Source: a virus (lineage: Duplodnaviria > Heunggongvirae > Uroviricota > Caudoviricetes). Taken from it: 64,000 bases of DNA. The position numbers were made by a program, and so were the translations under genes. Every line of letters begins with the position of its first letter. Position 1 is the stretch's first letter. The stretch lies in the IMG/VR virus record IMGVR_UViG_3300025711_000006, one strand, 5' to 3'. The notes beneath the pieces are model-generated. The model was not told the origin of the DNA. It saw only the letters and a list, made by a program, of their open reading frames with translations, and searched no databases. Shown piece by piece: positions 53,600-62,926 of the stretch.

Positions 53600-56500
53600 T
53601 CAACCTTGCATTGATTTCCAGATATCACCACCTGGCTGTAGGTCTTTGCTGATAAGTTGCTTGTAGCGCTGGTCTACGAACTCACCTACCTGGCTTCCGA
53701 ACGAAGAGTAATCAGGCGAAGACGTTGAAGTCTGCTTGTTGCCCTGTCCGTCGATGGTGATGTAAACTTGTACACCTCCACCGCTGTTCTGTTGCAGGCC
53801 AGATACATCGACCGATGCACGAACACCCAGAGAGCCGTCTGAGGCCCGAGTCAGTGGCATAATTGCCTCTGGCCCAGCTTCACCCATGACGTTGTTGTTG
53901 CTCTTGTTGGTAGAGAACGAGGTGGGTTTGTTAACGATAGAGTTGGTGAAAGCACCACCCTTAGCGAAGTACTGAGTACCGCCGTCGAATGCAGCTCCCT
54001 TGGCAGCCATCATGCCCATATCCATTGCCGAAGCACTGTTCATGGAAGCACCAGATGGAGCGCTTGGAGCGGCCCACATAGTCAACACAGCAGCGAGAGC
54101 CCGTGAAGTAGCAATACGCACAGCCATTCGCGCCAAGTCATTCAAGATGGCCTTGGTGAGGTCTGCAAATGAAGCCTTACCGGTTGTAACGAAACTCACA
54201 AGCGAATCTTCCATGCTGTTGAAGGCATTGGTGAAGACTTGGTTAGTCATTGCGGCGTAGTTTTGGCCATCCTCAATGTACTGCTTGTAAGCACTGCTGA
54301 TACCGGCACCCCAGTCTGCCTGGGCCGCTTTCATATCTTCGTAGTTGCTGATGATCTGCTTCTTCATTGCAGTGTGGGCCGCAGCCGATGCACGAAGGTT
54401 GGCAATCACTTCCTCTTGGTCACGCCCTGGCTCACCCAGTTGCAGGGTAAGAGTACGCTGTTCGTCGTTGTAACGATCATCTTCCGCGTTGAGCTGGTCT
54501 TGCAGACCGGCTTGGCCACTGCTCATCGAGAGGGCAGCGCGTTGACGTTGACCAGCAACCTCCAGGTTCTTAACCATTTGGTTGAGGTTTTCAGCGTAGG
54601 CAGAGATAGCCTTATTCTGCTTAGCCAGTCGGGCTTCTTCATCCCCGGCAAGCTTCTTCAGCTTCTTCTCAGACTCTTCCTGGGCAACCACCATCTTCGA
54701 GCGAGCATCAGCAATTTGCCGATCAAGTGAGATGGTCTGGTTAGCAGAAATGTTCTTACTGCCTTTCAGCTTCTCCAGAGAATCAATTTGATTCTGGTAA
54801 GCCTGTGATACCTGCTTGGCTTCCTCTTGCAGAAGAGCCTTACGCTTCTCAACTCCCGCAGACAACCCGATAGTACCGGCGTTCTGCTGCTGAATGATTT
54901 CCTCATTCAGGGTTTGATACCGGGCCTTAACTTCGTTGACTTGGTTCTGGAACTCATTGGCGTCTGTGTTATCGAGAATGGCGGAACGTGGTTTACGTCC
55001 TTGCTTCTCTTTAAACTTACGCTCAGCTTCAGCTTTGAGTGTGTCGTAAGCACCGCCCTTATATCCGCCTTCCTTCGTCCAAGTGACGCCTTCCAGCATC
55101 TTTGGTAGGGTCTTCAGCGTCTTGGCGTTTTCTACGAGGTCATCAAACTGTTTGTTAAGCGCTTCGAGGTATGTGTTCTTCTTGGCGTCTTTACCGGCGT
55201 TCTCAAGATCCTTGAATAGTTTCTTCTCAGTCTCTACTACTTCTTGGTTCGCTTTGGTTCGCCTTGCAACTTCCTCGTCGTACTTATTCTTGAAGTCGCG
55301 GCGTCTGATAAGCGATTGAAGTTGCTCAGCAAGTGCCTCGTCTGAGTTTGCACCGAAGCCCATAAAGCTTGAAACGAAGCCTGTAACGCCACCCTCTTTG
55401 CGGGTCTTAAGGATCCGCTGAATCTGCACGATTTCATCGTTTAGATCGGGGAAGAGTTCGGCACGTACAGCACCATAAGCATTACTGATCGCCGTCTTTA
55501 CATCCATCCAATCTCTTTCGAGGTCGGAGAGAGATTCACGATAGCGCTCCAGTCGCTCCTGGGCGTTGTCTGCAAGACCTTGGCTCAATACGTCCATGGC
55601 CTCTTCGGTTTCGCCTTTCTTCTCCAGGGCGCGAATAGTTTCATACTGAGCAGCGGTAACAAGACCGTACTTAGCACTAAGCTTCTCGGCTTTCTCGGCA
55701 GCGGTATCACCCAGGGTTGCAAGCTCTTCGGCAACCTTGGCAATGTCTTGCCCGGAGGTTACAGCAATGGCTTGCGCAGCCTTACCGAAATTGGCTAGAC
55801 GGCCAGCGGAAACTTCACCAGTAGCAGCAAGAGCCCTGATGGCGTCCTGAGCTTCAGCGATAGAGTTACCGGCGACTGTGGCGCCTTCAGCAATGATTTC
55901 CAGGCCGTACTTGGAAGTGCCGACCAGCTCATTACCTTTGTAGATGGCAGCGTTGAGGGCCGACATACGGCGCTCTGTGTCATACCAGATAGCTGCGAGG
56001 CCGACGAATACAGCACCTACGGCCATACCCGGTGTAACTAGGGACATAAGGCCCTGGGCAACACCTTTAAGGGCAGGACCAACACCGCCGAACATATCCT
56101 TAATCTGACCACCCTGTTGCAGGAACACGGTCAGAGGGGCTTGGCCACCTTGGAGGGATACTGCAATGTCGGTGAACTGAGCGGGGAGGCCCATCTGTGC
56201 CATCTGAAGCTGCTTAGCAGTCAGGGCAGTGCGGCCTAGGGAGTCTTTGTAGCGGTCAGTCTTGGCGCGAAGTTCGTCAATCTTGCTCTGATACTTGGTG
56301 CGTTGCTCTTCGGTAACATCACCTTTGGCATACGCGGTATTCAGGGAATTTTCGAGCTTGGCTAGACGTTGACGCTCTTTTGTAACTGGGTCGATGGCGG
56401 CTAGGAGGTTATCCAGAGCCTTCGCTTCGTCTTCAGCAGAAGCCTTGCGGCGTTTCGAGTTACTTACGGCAGCGTCGGCTGAGTCATTATCAGCCTTAAT

Positions 56501-57346
56501 GCCAGCAAGTGTACTATTCTTTTTCTCTTTGTCAAGAGCCAAGAGGCGATTATGAGCATCATTTCGGTATTTAACCCGAGATTTTTCAGTTGCCTCTTCC
56601 TGCTTGAGGTATTCCTTGTTCTGCTTGTCGCCTTCCTTCAGCCAGTTGTTAAGGCGAGACTTCTCAGCGGCCTCTTCCTCTTCAGCTAGTTTCTGGCGAG
56701 CCTTTGAAGCACTGGCCAGGGCTGAATGCCGGTCGTTAATCTCTTTGGCTTCGGCTTGCTTCTGCTTTTCAGCACTTGCATACCAGTTTTGAAGGCGTTG
56801 ATCCTCGGCGGCTGCTTCTTCTGCGTTTCGCTTCTGGCGAGCCTGGGAGCCCTTGGCTAGTGAGTCGAGGTATTCCGACTGGACAGTCTTCTGCGTTTCG
56901 GCGCTACTGTACCAAGCATCGAGGCGCTGTCTTTCTGCCGCCGCCTCTTTCTTGTTGACCTGCTCAACTACGTTCCCCCGCTCAATGATCTTTTGGCGCT
57001 GGGTGTCAATGATCTGGTTGTACTTCGCGGCAGTCTCATCGGAGTAAGTACCAGCAGCACGGGCTTCATTGAGAAGCTGTTGTTGCTTGGCCAACTTGTT
57101 GAGGCTGCTGGTCTGTCTATCAATCTGCTCAAGCAGCTTGTTGCCATCCGGTGCAGGCTTCGGCGTAGCGGGCTTAGGTTGAGCAGGGGCTTTAGGTGGG
57201 GGAGTGGGTTTAACGGGCGGAGCTGGCTTATTCAGGGGGCTATTTTCTAGCCCCTTGGAAGCCTGGATCAACTCATTAACTTTGTCTGTGGCTGCTTCTA
57301 CTTGCGTGGAGTCAACCTTAATTTGCAAGTTAGCAATAAACGTCAT
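53600..57346 (-). CDS. tail tape measure protein (1248 aa)
   Basis: Coiled-coil rich; three Trp-containing tandem repeats (AAERQRLDAWYSSAE / EDQRLQNWYASAE / EKSRLNNWLKEG); Pro-rich N-terminal segment; position after G/T. Confidence 0.9.
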   Translation of the reverse strand: MTFIANLQIKVDSTQVEAATDKVNELIQASKGLENSPLNKPAPPVKPTPPPKAPAQPKPATPKPAPDGNKLLEQIDRQTSSLNKLAKQQQLLNEARAAGTYSDETAAKYNQIIDTQRQKIIERGNVVEQVNKKEAAAERQRLDAWYSSAETQKTVQSEYLDSLAKGSQARQKRNAEEAAAEDQRLQNWYASAEKQKQAEAKEINDRHSALASASKARQKLAEEEEAAEKSRLNNWLKEGDKQNKEYLKQEEATEKSRVKYRNDAHNRLLALDKEKKNSTLAGIKADNDSADAAVSNSKRRKASAEDEAKALDNLLAAIDPVTKERQRLAKLENSLNTAYAKGDVTEEQRTKYQSKIDELRAKTDRYKDSLGRTALTAKQLQMAQMGLPAQFTDIAVSLQGGQAPLTVFLQQGGQIKDMFGGVGPALKGVAQGLMSLVTPGMAVGAVFVGLAAIWYDTERRMSALNAAIYKGNELVGTSKYGLEIIAEGATVAGNSIAEAQDAIRALAATGEVSAGRLANFGKAAQAIAVTSGQDIAKVAEELATLGDTAAEKAEKLSAKYGLVTAAQYETIRALEKKGETEEAMDVLSQGLADNAQERLERYRESLSDLERDWMDVKTAISNAYGAVRAELFPDLNDEIVQIQRILKTRKEGGVTGFVSSFMGFGANSDEALAEQLQSLIRRRDFKNKYDEEVARRTKANQEVVETEKKLFKDLENAGKDAKKNTYLEALNKQFDDLVENAKTLKTLPKMLEGVTWTKEGGYKGGAYDTLKAEAERKFKEKQGRKPRSAILDNTDANEFQNQVNEVKARYQTLNEEIIQQQNAGTIGLSAGVEKRKALLQEEAKQVSQAYQNQIDSLEKLKGSKNISANQTISLDRQIADARSKMVVAQEESEKKLKKLAGDEEARLAKQNKAISAYAENLNQMVKNLEVAGQRQRAALSMSSGQAGLQDQLNAEDDRYNDEQRTLTLQLGEPGRDQEEVIANLRASAAAHTAMKKQIISNYEDMKAAQADWGAGISSAYKQYIEDGQNYAAMTNQVFTNAFNSMEDSLVSFVTTGKASFADLTKAILNDLARMAVRIATSRALAAVLTMWAAPSAPSGASMNSASAMDMGMMAAKGAAFDGGTQYFAKGGAFTNSIVNKPTSFSTNKSNNNVMGEAGPEAIMPLTRASDGSLGVRASVDVSGLQQNSGGGVQVYITIDGQGNKQTSTSSPDYSSFGSQVGEFVDQRYKQLISKDLQPGGDIWKSMQG

Positions 57347-57360
57347 TGTGCCTCCAGGCG

Positions 57361-57630
57361 CTATTTATCTCTCCCCTCGGCCATCTTCTTCAAAGCTTCC
57401 GCTTCCATAACGCGGATATCATTAAACGCCAGGGGCATATCTTCTTCATCGACTTCAAGGTACTTCGCAACTACCGGAATAGCCTTGTAGTCAAGACCGA
57501 TAGCACCGCCCATACCGACATTCCATTGAGTGGACATTGCTTCGAAGAGCAGGAACGCTGGCCATACGTCAGGCCAGATTTCAATCTCTTCTTCGATCAA
57601 ATCCCCAAAAGAAAAGCCCCAGGCCGCCAT
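57361..57630 (-). CDS. tail assembly chaperone T-like portion (made as G-T fusion by -1 frameshift)
   Basis: Frame is open upstream into the 3' end of G; joined through slippery heptamer. Confidence 0.7.
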   Translation of the reverse strand: MAAWGFSFGDLIEEEIEIWPDVWPAFLLFEAMSTQWNVGMGGAIGLDYKAIPVVAKYLEVDEEDMPLAFNDIRVMEAEALKKMAEGRDK

Positions 57631-57677
57631 CTTGGAAGCATCTGGGGCTCTGTCGTAAAGCGCACGGGCGGCGCTTC

Positions 57678-58055
57678 TTAGTTTTTTAGGCGAGCCTCTG
57701 CATACTCTTTGCGGTATGCTTCAACAATAACCTGTGCAGCGTAAGCGCTGGTGTTGCAAAGAGCTTCAATGCTTTCGTCATTGAATTCATCTTCGAAACC
57801 CCAACCCATTACAATGTCTTTGATCTGCTGATGCTGAATGCTGGTATCGGCTTCAGCCAGGGCAGAGAACGTAAGGTCATCATCATCTAGGGAAAATCCT
57901 TTAGCTGATTCGCTCCACTTGTCGTACAGAGCAGCTAGCTCTTTACGCCCAAGACGGCGGAAGGTGAAACTTACGTCAATCGGATCACCGCCGACACGTG
58001 GGATGCCCACAGTAGCAGTGAAGGTTGGATTCTGGGCAATTTTAAACTTTGCCAT
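57678..58055 (-). CDS. tail assembly chaperone G-like
   Basis: 125 aa between major tail gene and tape measure; slippery site at its stop codon. Confidence 0.75.
   Translation of the reverse strand: MAKFKIAQNPTFTATVGIPRVGGDPIDVSFTFRRLGRKELAALYDKWSESAKGFSLDDDDLTFSALAEADTSIQHQQIKDIVMGWGFEDEFNDESIEALCNTSAYAAQVIVEAYRKEYAEARLKN
57681..57687 (-). promoter_or_regulatory. programmed -1 ribosomal frameshift site A_AAA_AAC
   Basis: Minus-strand CTA AAA AAC TAA; -1 slip reads CTA AGA AGC GCC ... into MAAWGFSF (T frame). Confidence 0.75.
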
Positions 58056-58106
58056 AATAACTAATTCCTTGTTATTGAAAGCCGCCCCGAAGGGCGGCTA
58101 TTGTCC

Positions 58107-58748
58107 TTACAGACGGGTTGGACGTGCTTGCAGCGATAGGGTAATGACGCGGGTCATCAGTTCATCGCGGGTTACAGTCGGAGTTGCTGTGATCGAGATG
58201 ATCGCGTTGTAAGCCATGACCGAGCCAGAGACTAGGTTTAGGCGAACTGGGCGAGCTTTCAGGTCGATATCAGCCGCTTCGATAACAGGCACGTAAGCCA
58301 GGGTTGGGTCATCAGCAACAGTCAGAGACATAGAGATAGCCGACTTAGAAGTAGGCATCTGCTTCTCATCAACGTCTTCGAGGAAGGCGAAGTTAATGAA
58401 CTGTTGTTCACCACCAGAGAACGATACTTCAGTAATCTGTGGGATTGTTACCCAGGTCAGTACTTTCTGGAACGAACCAGCGCCTTGTCCTGCTGGGAAC
58501 AGTGTTGTGCTTGTGGTATCAACACCAGCCAGAGTGAACGAGTCAGTTGTGCTGGTCGCTACTTTGAACACGCGGTTATTCAGCTTGCTCCAGGCAGAGG
58601 TGATAACGATGAAGTCGCCAACAACAAGGCCGTGACCAGTTGAGCTTACAGCCGGTGCAGTAGCGTTAGTGATAGCGGTAAAAGTTTTTGCTGTTGCAAG
58701 AGTGTTTGCAACGTCAAAGGTGCTGCCGTTCGGCAATGCATATGCCAT
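58107..58748 (-). CDS. major tail tube protein (V position)
   Basis: 213 aa; position before G/T; partial terminator hairpin GCCGCCCTTCGGGGCGGC downstream. Confidence 0.7.
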   Translation of the reverse strand: MAYALPNGSTFDVANTLATAKTFTAITNATAPAVSSTGHGLVVGDFIVITSAWSKLNNRVFKVATSTTDSFTLAGVDTTSTTLFPAGQGAGSFQKVLTWVTIPQITEVSFSGGEQQFINFAFLEDVDEKQMPTSKSAISMSLTVADDPTLAYVPVIEAADIDLKARPVRLNLVSGSVMAYNAIISITATPTVTRDELMTRVITLSLQARPTRL

Positions 58749-58761
58749 GTGAGTTTCCTCG

Positions 58762-59172
58762 TTAGTATGTATCAGAGCGGTAGTTAAAGGAGACGGGGGT
58801 CATGTATGTACCGCCGTCTGTAATACCCATGAAGGTTTGAATAGGCGTCATAATCACGGCTTCAAAATCACCGTAACTAACTCGACCATAGAGCGGGAAG
58901 AGTTCTTGCAACTCATCAATGATGGTTGTGATGCGTCCTGTTCCTTCTCCAGCCGGAACAACAATCTGAATCTGGAATACTCCGCGATACGTCCTGCCAT
59001 CACCCGCTAAAGTAGAGGCCCGTGGGGTGGATGGGCCTAGTGTTGTTTTGAGATAAGGTTGATAAGGGGGTGGAGTAGCTACAGAGTTCTCTAGAACCAC
59101 TAACCAGCCTTTCGATGTTCCATACTCTCGAACAATGTCATTAAAAGCTTTGCGAATTTTGCTATCGCTCAT
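58762..59172 (-). CDS. tail terminator-like protein (U position)
   Basis: 136 aa; position upstream of the major tail gene. Confidence 0.5.
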   Translation of the reverse strand: MSDSKIRKAFNDIVREYGTSKGWLVVLENSVATPPPYQPYLKTTLGPSTPRASTLAGDGRTYRGVFQIQIVVPAGEGTGRITTIIDELQELFPLYGRVSYGDFEAVIMTPIQTFMGITDGGTYMTPVSFNYRSDTY

Positions 59173-59624
59173 TATTTCACCCGGTTCCTTGCAATGGCTT
59201 CTTCAGCCAGGGCGTCAAACTCAGCGAGAGTTCTTTGAGCTGGTTGGTATGCGGGTGTAACTGCCCAACCTTTAACTTCTACTTGGTACGCATAATCAAG
59301 GTTGTTAACGATGTAGGCTGTCTGCCCAGGAGTGAGAGTTGACGCAATAGACTTGAGTCGGGCTAGTGTGGCTTGCCCTGTTTCGTCATAAGAGTTGAGG
59401 CTATGAGTTGAAGCGGAGCCTACAGTCATTTGCCAGTTGGCCATGAATCGGCCTGTGAGTACTGGAGAGAACTTAACTAGGCAACCGCTTACCTCAATCA
59501 TGATTTCACGGTAGGTGTTCGTCATGGCCTGCTCTGCAAGTCTGCCGAACTCTTCAAGATCCTTCGTGAAGGAATCGAATTCTTTCGCCATTAGGCAGTC
59601 CTTAATTGGACTTGCCACCCACAC
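59172..59624 (-). CDS. head-tail joining/tail completion protein candidate
   Basis: 150 aa; positional. Confidence 0.45.
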   Translation of the reverse strand: MWVASPIKDCLMAKEFDSFTKDLEEFGRLAEQAMTNTYREIMIEVSGCLVKFSPVLTGRFMANWQMTVGSASTHSLNSYDETGQATLARLKSIASTLTPGQTAYIVNNLDYAYQVEVKGWAVTPAYQPAQRTLAEFDALAEEAIARNRVK

Positions 59625-59980
59625 TTTACTCCAGCGTTATCCCAGTTCTTTACCGAGATGATCGTATATGAAGTACCGTCTAGTTGGATTTCATCCGTAG
59701 TCAGTGGAGTGGGGCAGGGTGTGTCATCGAGCAGTACAGGGCAAAGGTAGAACTTAACGTCGCTCATTCGAATAAGCTGGCCGTCTACATGCCGCAGGGA
59801 GTAGGTCGCCCGTAGTCCTGAGATATCATGAGCGGACTCAATAATCTCGTTCATATCGGTGGACGGGTTGTAAACATAGTCTTGGCGAAGAAGGAGGCCG
59901 GCCATTCCGTTACCGCCTTCAGTACGTGGCTTGAGACGGCGGATAGTCATCGCTCTTAGGCGGTCAAACATATCAGCCAT
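59591..59980 (-). CDS. head-tail joining protein candidate (~130 aa)
   Basis: Likely starts at internal MADMFDRL (ATGA overlap with upstream gene) rather than the listed 60085. Confidence 0.4.
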   Translation of the reverse strand: MADMFDRLRAMTIRRLKPRTEGGNGMAGLLLRQDYVYNPSTDMNEIIESAHDISGLRATYSLRHVDGQLIRMSDVKFYLCPVLLDDTPCPTPLTTDEIQLDGTSYTIISVKNWDNAGVKCGWQVQLRTA

Positions 59981-59981
59981 A

Positions 59982-60419
59982 TCAGCACCCGCATGGTGTA
60001 TCGCAAGAGCAGTGCTTACGGCAGTGGCTACCGAACTTCCAAGGATTGCACTGTCCTTCGCATGAAAGGTCTGTTGACCGATCAAGCTTTGTTTTCTTAA
60101 CTTCCGCTACCCATGGCATCAAGTTAGGTGGGATGCGAGCTACTGGATCATTAATCAGGTAGTCCATCGCCTTCAGATAGTTGGGGGCGAAAGTGTTTTC
60201 AATCGTCAAGTCCCCAATCACTTCTCTTGTATTGATAGAGCCAATAATCATCGTGGCACTGATTGCCATAATGCGCGTGGCTTTATCAATGTTCTCTCCA
60301 ACTGTACCGAGTACCATTGTGTACTCGTCGTCTGTGAACATGGGATAGAGGGGGTTGGTAGTTACATCACCGATACGGAGCTTGATAAACGCAATTCTTT
60401 CTTCAGTTGTTGCAGCCAT
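59982..60419 (-). CDS. head-tail connector/head completion protein candidate with Cys-rich C-terminus
   Basis: 145 aa; unusual tail CEGQCNPWKFGSHCRKHCSCDTPCGC. Confidence 0.45.
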   Translation of the reverse strand: MAATTEERIAFIKLRIGDVTTNPLYPMFTDDEYTMVLGTVGENIDKATRIMAISATMIIGSINTREVIGDLTIENTFAPNYLKAMDYLINDPVARIPPNLMPWVAEVKKTKLDRSTDLSCEGQCNPWKFGSHCRKHCSCDTPCGC

Positions 60420-60428
60420 CTTGCTTCC

Positions 60429-61067
60429 TTAATATCTGGTGTTGTCTCCCTGGAGGGCCAGGGTAATTGTTCGCGTCATCAACTGGTCACGCTGCAACTT
60501 GGGCGTCTTCGTGATCGAGGCCAAGCTTGCATAGACGATGTAGTCGCTATTGATTAGGCTCAGGCGTTGCACCTGAATTTCCTGTGTTCTTGCTGCCGCT
60601 TCGATAGTGGCGAACAGAGGAAGGGATTTGTCGTCAGCTACTTCGATAGTCATAACCGAACCAGACTTGGTGGTTGGGCGACTAACTTCCTTCCCCGAGC
60701 GGGAAGGGCTGTACGTGGTGTATTGCTGTTCTCCACCCGATAGTTCGAGGTTGAGAATCTGAGGTACTTTTACCCATGAGGTGACGCCACGTACTGTGCC
60801 GTAGTTCGTCCCTGCGTTGCGTTTGGTGTCTGTTGTGTCAGCACCTTGCAAGGTGAAGGTGTTGCCAGTCACCGATGAGACTCTGAAGGCGCGTCCGTCG
60901 AGATCCCACCAACCAGACTTCATCATGACGATCTGGCCAATCGTGAAGGTATGACCAACAGCGGTGAAAATTGTGTTAGCGGCACGGGTCACGAATGTGA
61001 TGGGAAAGAACGGCGTATACCCGCTAGCAAATTCAAAGGTTGATCCGTTAGGGAGTTGATACGCCAT
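60429..61067 (-). CDS. second major-tail-tube-like paralog located inside the head gene block
   Basis: 212 aa; clear homology to the 58107-58748 product (MAYxLPNGSTF ... SGGEQQ ... LMTR.ITL.LQ). Confidence 0.6.
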   Translation of the reverse strand: MAYQLPNGSTFEFASGYTPFFPITFVTRAANTIFTAVGHTFTIGQIVMMKSGWWDLDGRAFRVSSVTGNTFTLQGADTTDTKRNAGTNYGTVRGVTSWVKVPQILNLELSGGEQQYTTYSPSRSGKEVSRPTTKSGSVMTIEVADDKSLPLFATIEAAARTQEIQVQRLSLINSDYIVYASLASITKTPKLQRDQLMTRTITLALQGDNTRY

Positions 61068-61076
61068 GCTTCTTCC

Positions 61077-61262
61077 TTACGAAAGGTCTTTCAGAGCAGC
61101 GATGATCTGATTGAGCTTGGTCGCCACTTGCTCTGCTGTTGCTGAGGCTGGAGTAGCGATAGGGGTCAGGGCTTGAATGCCCGCTTGGTCAGGAAGTTGA
61201 GCTGCGATTTGACGGCAGGTTGCAATCCATCCCAATTTAGTGTGTAATTGATTCAGGTCCAC
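61077..61262 (-). CDS. small protein (~61 aa, GTG start)
   Basis: Listed ORF start lies inside the capsid-gene terminator hairpin; GGAGA plus GTG start is more plausible. Confidence 0.35.
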   Translation of the reverse strand: MDLNQLHTKLGWIATCRQIAAQLPDQAGIQALTPIATPASATAEQVATKLNQIIAALKDLS

Positions 61263-61280
61263 AATACTTCTCCTAGAGGG

Positions 61281-61314
61281 AAGAAAAGGGGCGGCACAAG
61301 ACCGCCCCAATCAG
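61281..61314 (-). terminator. terminator/attenuator after capsid gene
   Basis: Minus strand GGGGCGGTCTTGTGCCGCCCC followed by TTTTCTTCC. Confidence 0.55.
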
Positions 61315-62397
61315 TTACGCCAGAGTCAGAGTCTTGACCGCCTTCGGATACAGCAGGGCGTTCATGAAGTTCTGTTCTGTTGTGATCTGGATCTTCTCGT
61401 CGGTTGCCTTCTCGAACCAGTACGAACCTTGCGACTTCTTGTTAACAGCCGAGAAGCGGTTAGCCGGTGCGTAGTAGGTTTTAGCGATGTTGGTCAGACC
61501 AACAGGCAGCAGGATGGCTTCATCGTCGGCAACGAACGGAACGAACGTATCACCTACGTCGTAACCGGAAACACCTACGTCAACGTAAGTGATACCGAAC
61601 AGGCTGATGCTTGGGAAACGCTCATTCAGACCAGCGAAGCGCGGATCATCGGCGTTAACACCCAGCAGAGTGCTCAGCGACTGGGAAGTCGGCAGGCTCT
61701 TCAGCATTTCAGTAACATACGGGTTCATAATCACCTTGGTGAAGAACTCGCTTCCGCACAGTGCAACTACACCACGCAGAGTACCTTGGGCGCCGCGCAT
61801 ATCTTTACGCAGGTTGGCCAGTACTTCACGGGACTGAGCACGTGGGTCTACAGTGTTACCGAAGTCCATTGCGATGCTATCGCGGGTCAGACCGAACTCG
61901 GTGTAGTAGTTAACGGTATCGCCGTAGCTAGTACGCAGTGTTTTGTTTGGTGCGTATACAGTACCGTCACGCAGCAGTTGGAAGCGGGCTGCAACCTGGG
62001 TCAGGTTGTGAGCTTCTTTCAGCAGCAGCATTTTCTCAGCACGGATATCCGCGACCTGAGCCAGGTTCATGACTTCAACCGAGTCATCAATCTGTACTAC
62101 GCCGTCAACGTCGTGCGGGTAGATGGCATCTTCGCTCTTGAAGTGCGGGATGGCCAGTTGCAGTGCTTCGCGCTCTGGTTCGAACGCCAGGGTTTGCCCG
62201 CGACCGTCCCAGTTGCTATCACCGATGATTTGTTGGTTGTGAGTCTTACGAACTACTTCAACAACTTTCTGTGTGCTGTAGTAGTCGCTAAAGATGCCCA
62301 GCGCCTCGGTAATGTCTGCTGTGTACGGAACATCCACAAGGATATCTGTACGATCAACAACTTTACCTAGGTTGTTGCGGTTTAGTGTAATTGGCAT
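61315..62397 (-). CDS. major capsid protein candidate (E position)
   Basis: 360 aa; follows protease/scaffold and D-like gene in lambda order; terminator downstream as usual for capsid genes. Confidence 0.55.
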   Translation of the reverse strand: MPITLNRNNLGKVVDRTDILVDVPYTADITEALGIFSDYYSTQKVVEVVRKTHNQQIIGDSNWDGRGQTLAFEPEREALQLAIPHFKSEDAIYPHDVDGVVQIDDSVEVMNLAQVADIRAEKMLLLKEAHNLTQVAARFQLLRDGTVYAPNKTLRTSYGDTVNYYTEFGLTRDSIAMDFGNTVDPRAQSREVLANLRKDMRGAQGTLRGVVALCGSEFFTKVIMNPYVTEMLKSLPTSQSLSTLLGVNADDPRFAGLNERFPSISLFGITYVDVGVSGYDVGDTFVPFVADDEAILLPVGLTNIAKTYYAPANRFSAVNKKSQGSYWFEKATDEKIQITTEQNFMNALLYPKAVKTLTLA

Positions 62398-62448
62398 AGA
62401 TAGAATCTCGTTATTCTAATGAGTGGTTAGTAGCCGGGGAAACCGTTG

Positions 62449-62901
62449 TTAAACAACAACGGTGTCGATCACGACGATGCCTTGCTTTTCCAGGGCTTGA
62501 GCAAGTGCAGCGAACTGAGTTGCGTTAAGGGCCGAGTGGATCTGCTTAGGCAGGTAGTCTTTAATCTTCATTGGCCCGCTTGTGTAAGCGATGGCATTGA
62601 ACTTGCCAGCAGCGATTGCTTCAGGCTTGAACGAAGTCTGGTAGCCATAGTGATTACCTAGGACAACGGCATATTCGTTAGTCAGGGCAATGTCACCCAC
62701 AGCACTTACAACTGCGAACGGTGCTGTTTCGTCTGTTGACTTAGCACGGAACACAATGGTCCCCAGTTTTACTGGAGCACTTGCGGCTGGTGGTGTAATG
62801 TTGATATCACGACGGTTGTAACCTTCGATGACTTCGAAGCCTTCGAAGAGAACTAGGTCAGACAGACGCTTGTCGCGTACTGGTAGCGATTGGAAAGGCA
62901 T
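62449..62901 (-). CDS. head decoration protein candidate (D position)
   Basis: 150 aa; positional only. Confidence 0.4.
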   Translation of the reverse strand: MPFQSLPVRDKRLSDLVLFEGFEVIEGYNRRDINITPPAASAPVKLGTIVFRAKSTDETAPFAVVSAVGDIALTNEYAVVLGNHYGYQTSFKPEAIAAGKFNAIAYTSGPMKIKDYLPKQIHSALNATQFAALAQALEKQGIVVIDTVVV

Positions 62902-62926
62902 AGTTATTCCTTGATGTGGGGTTGGA

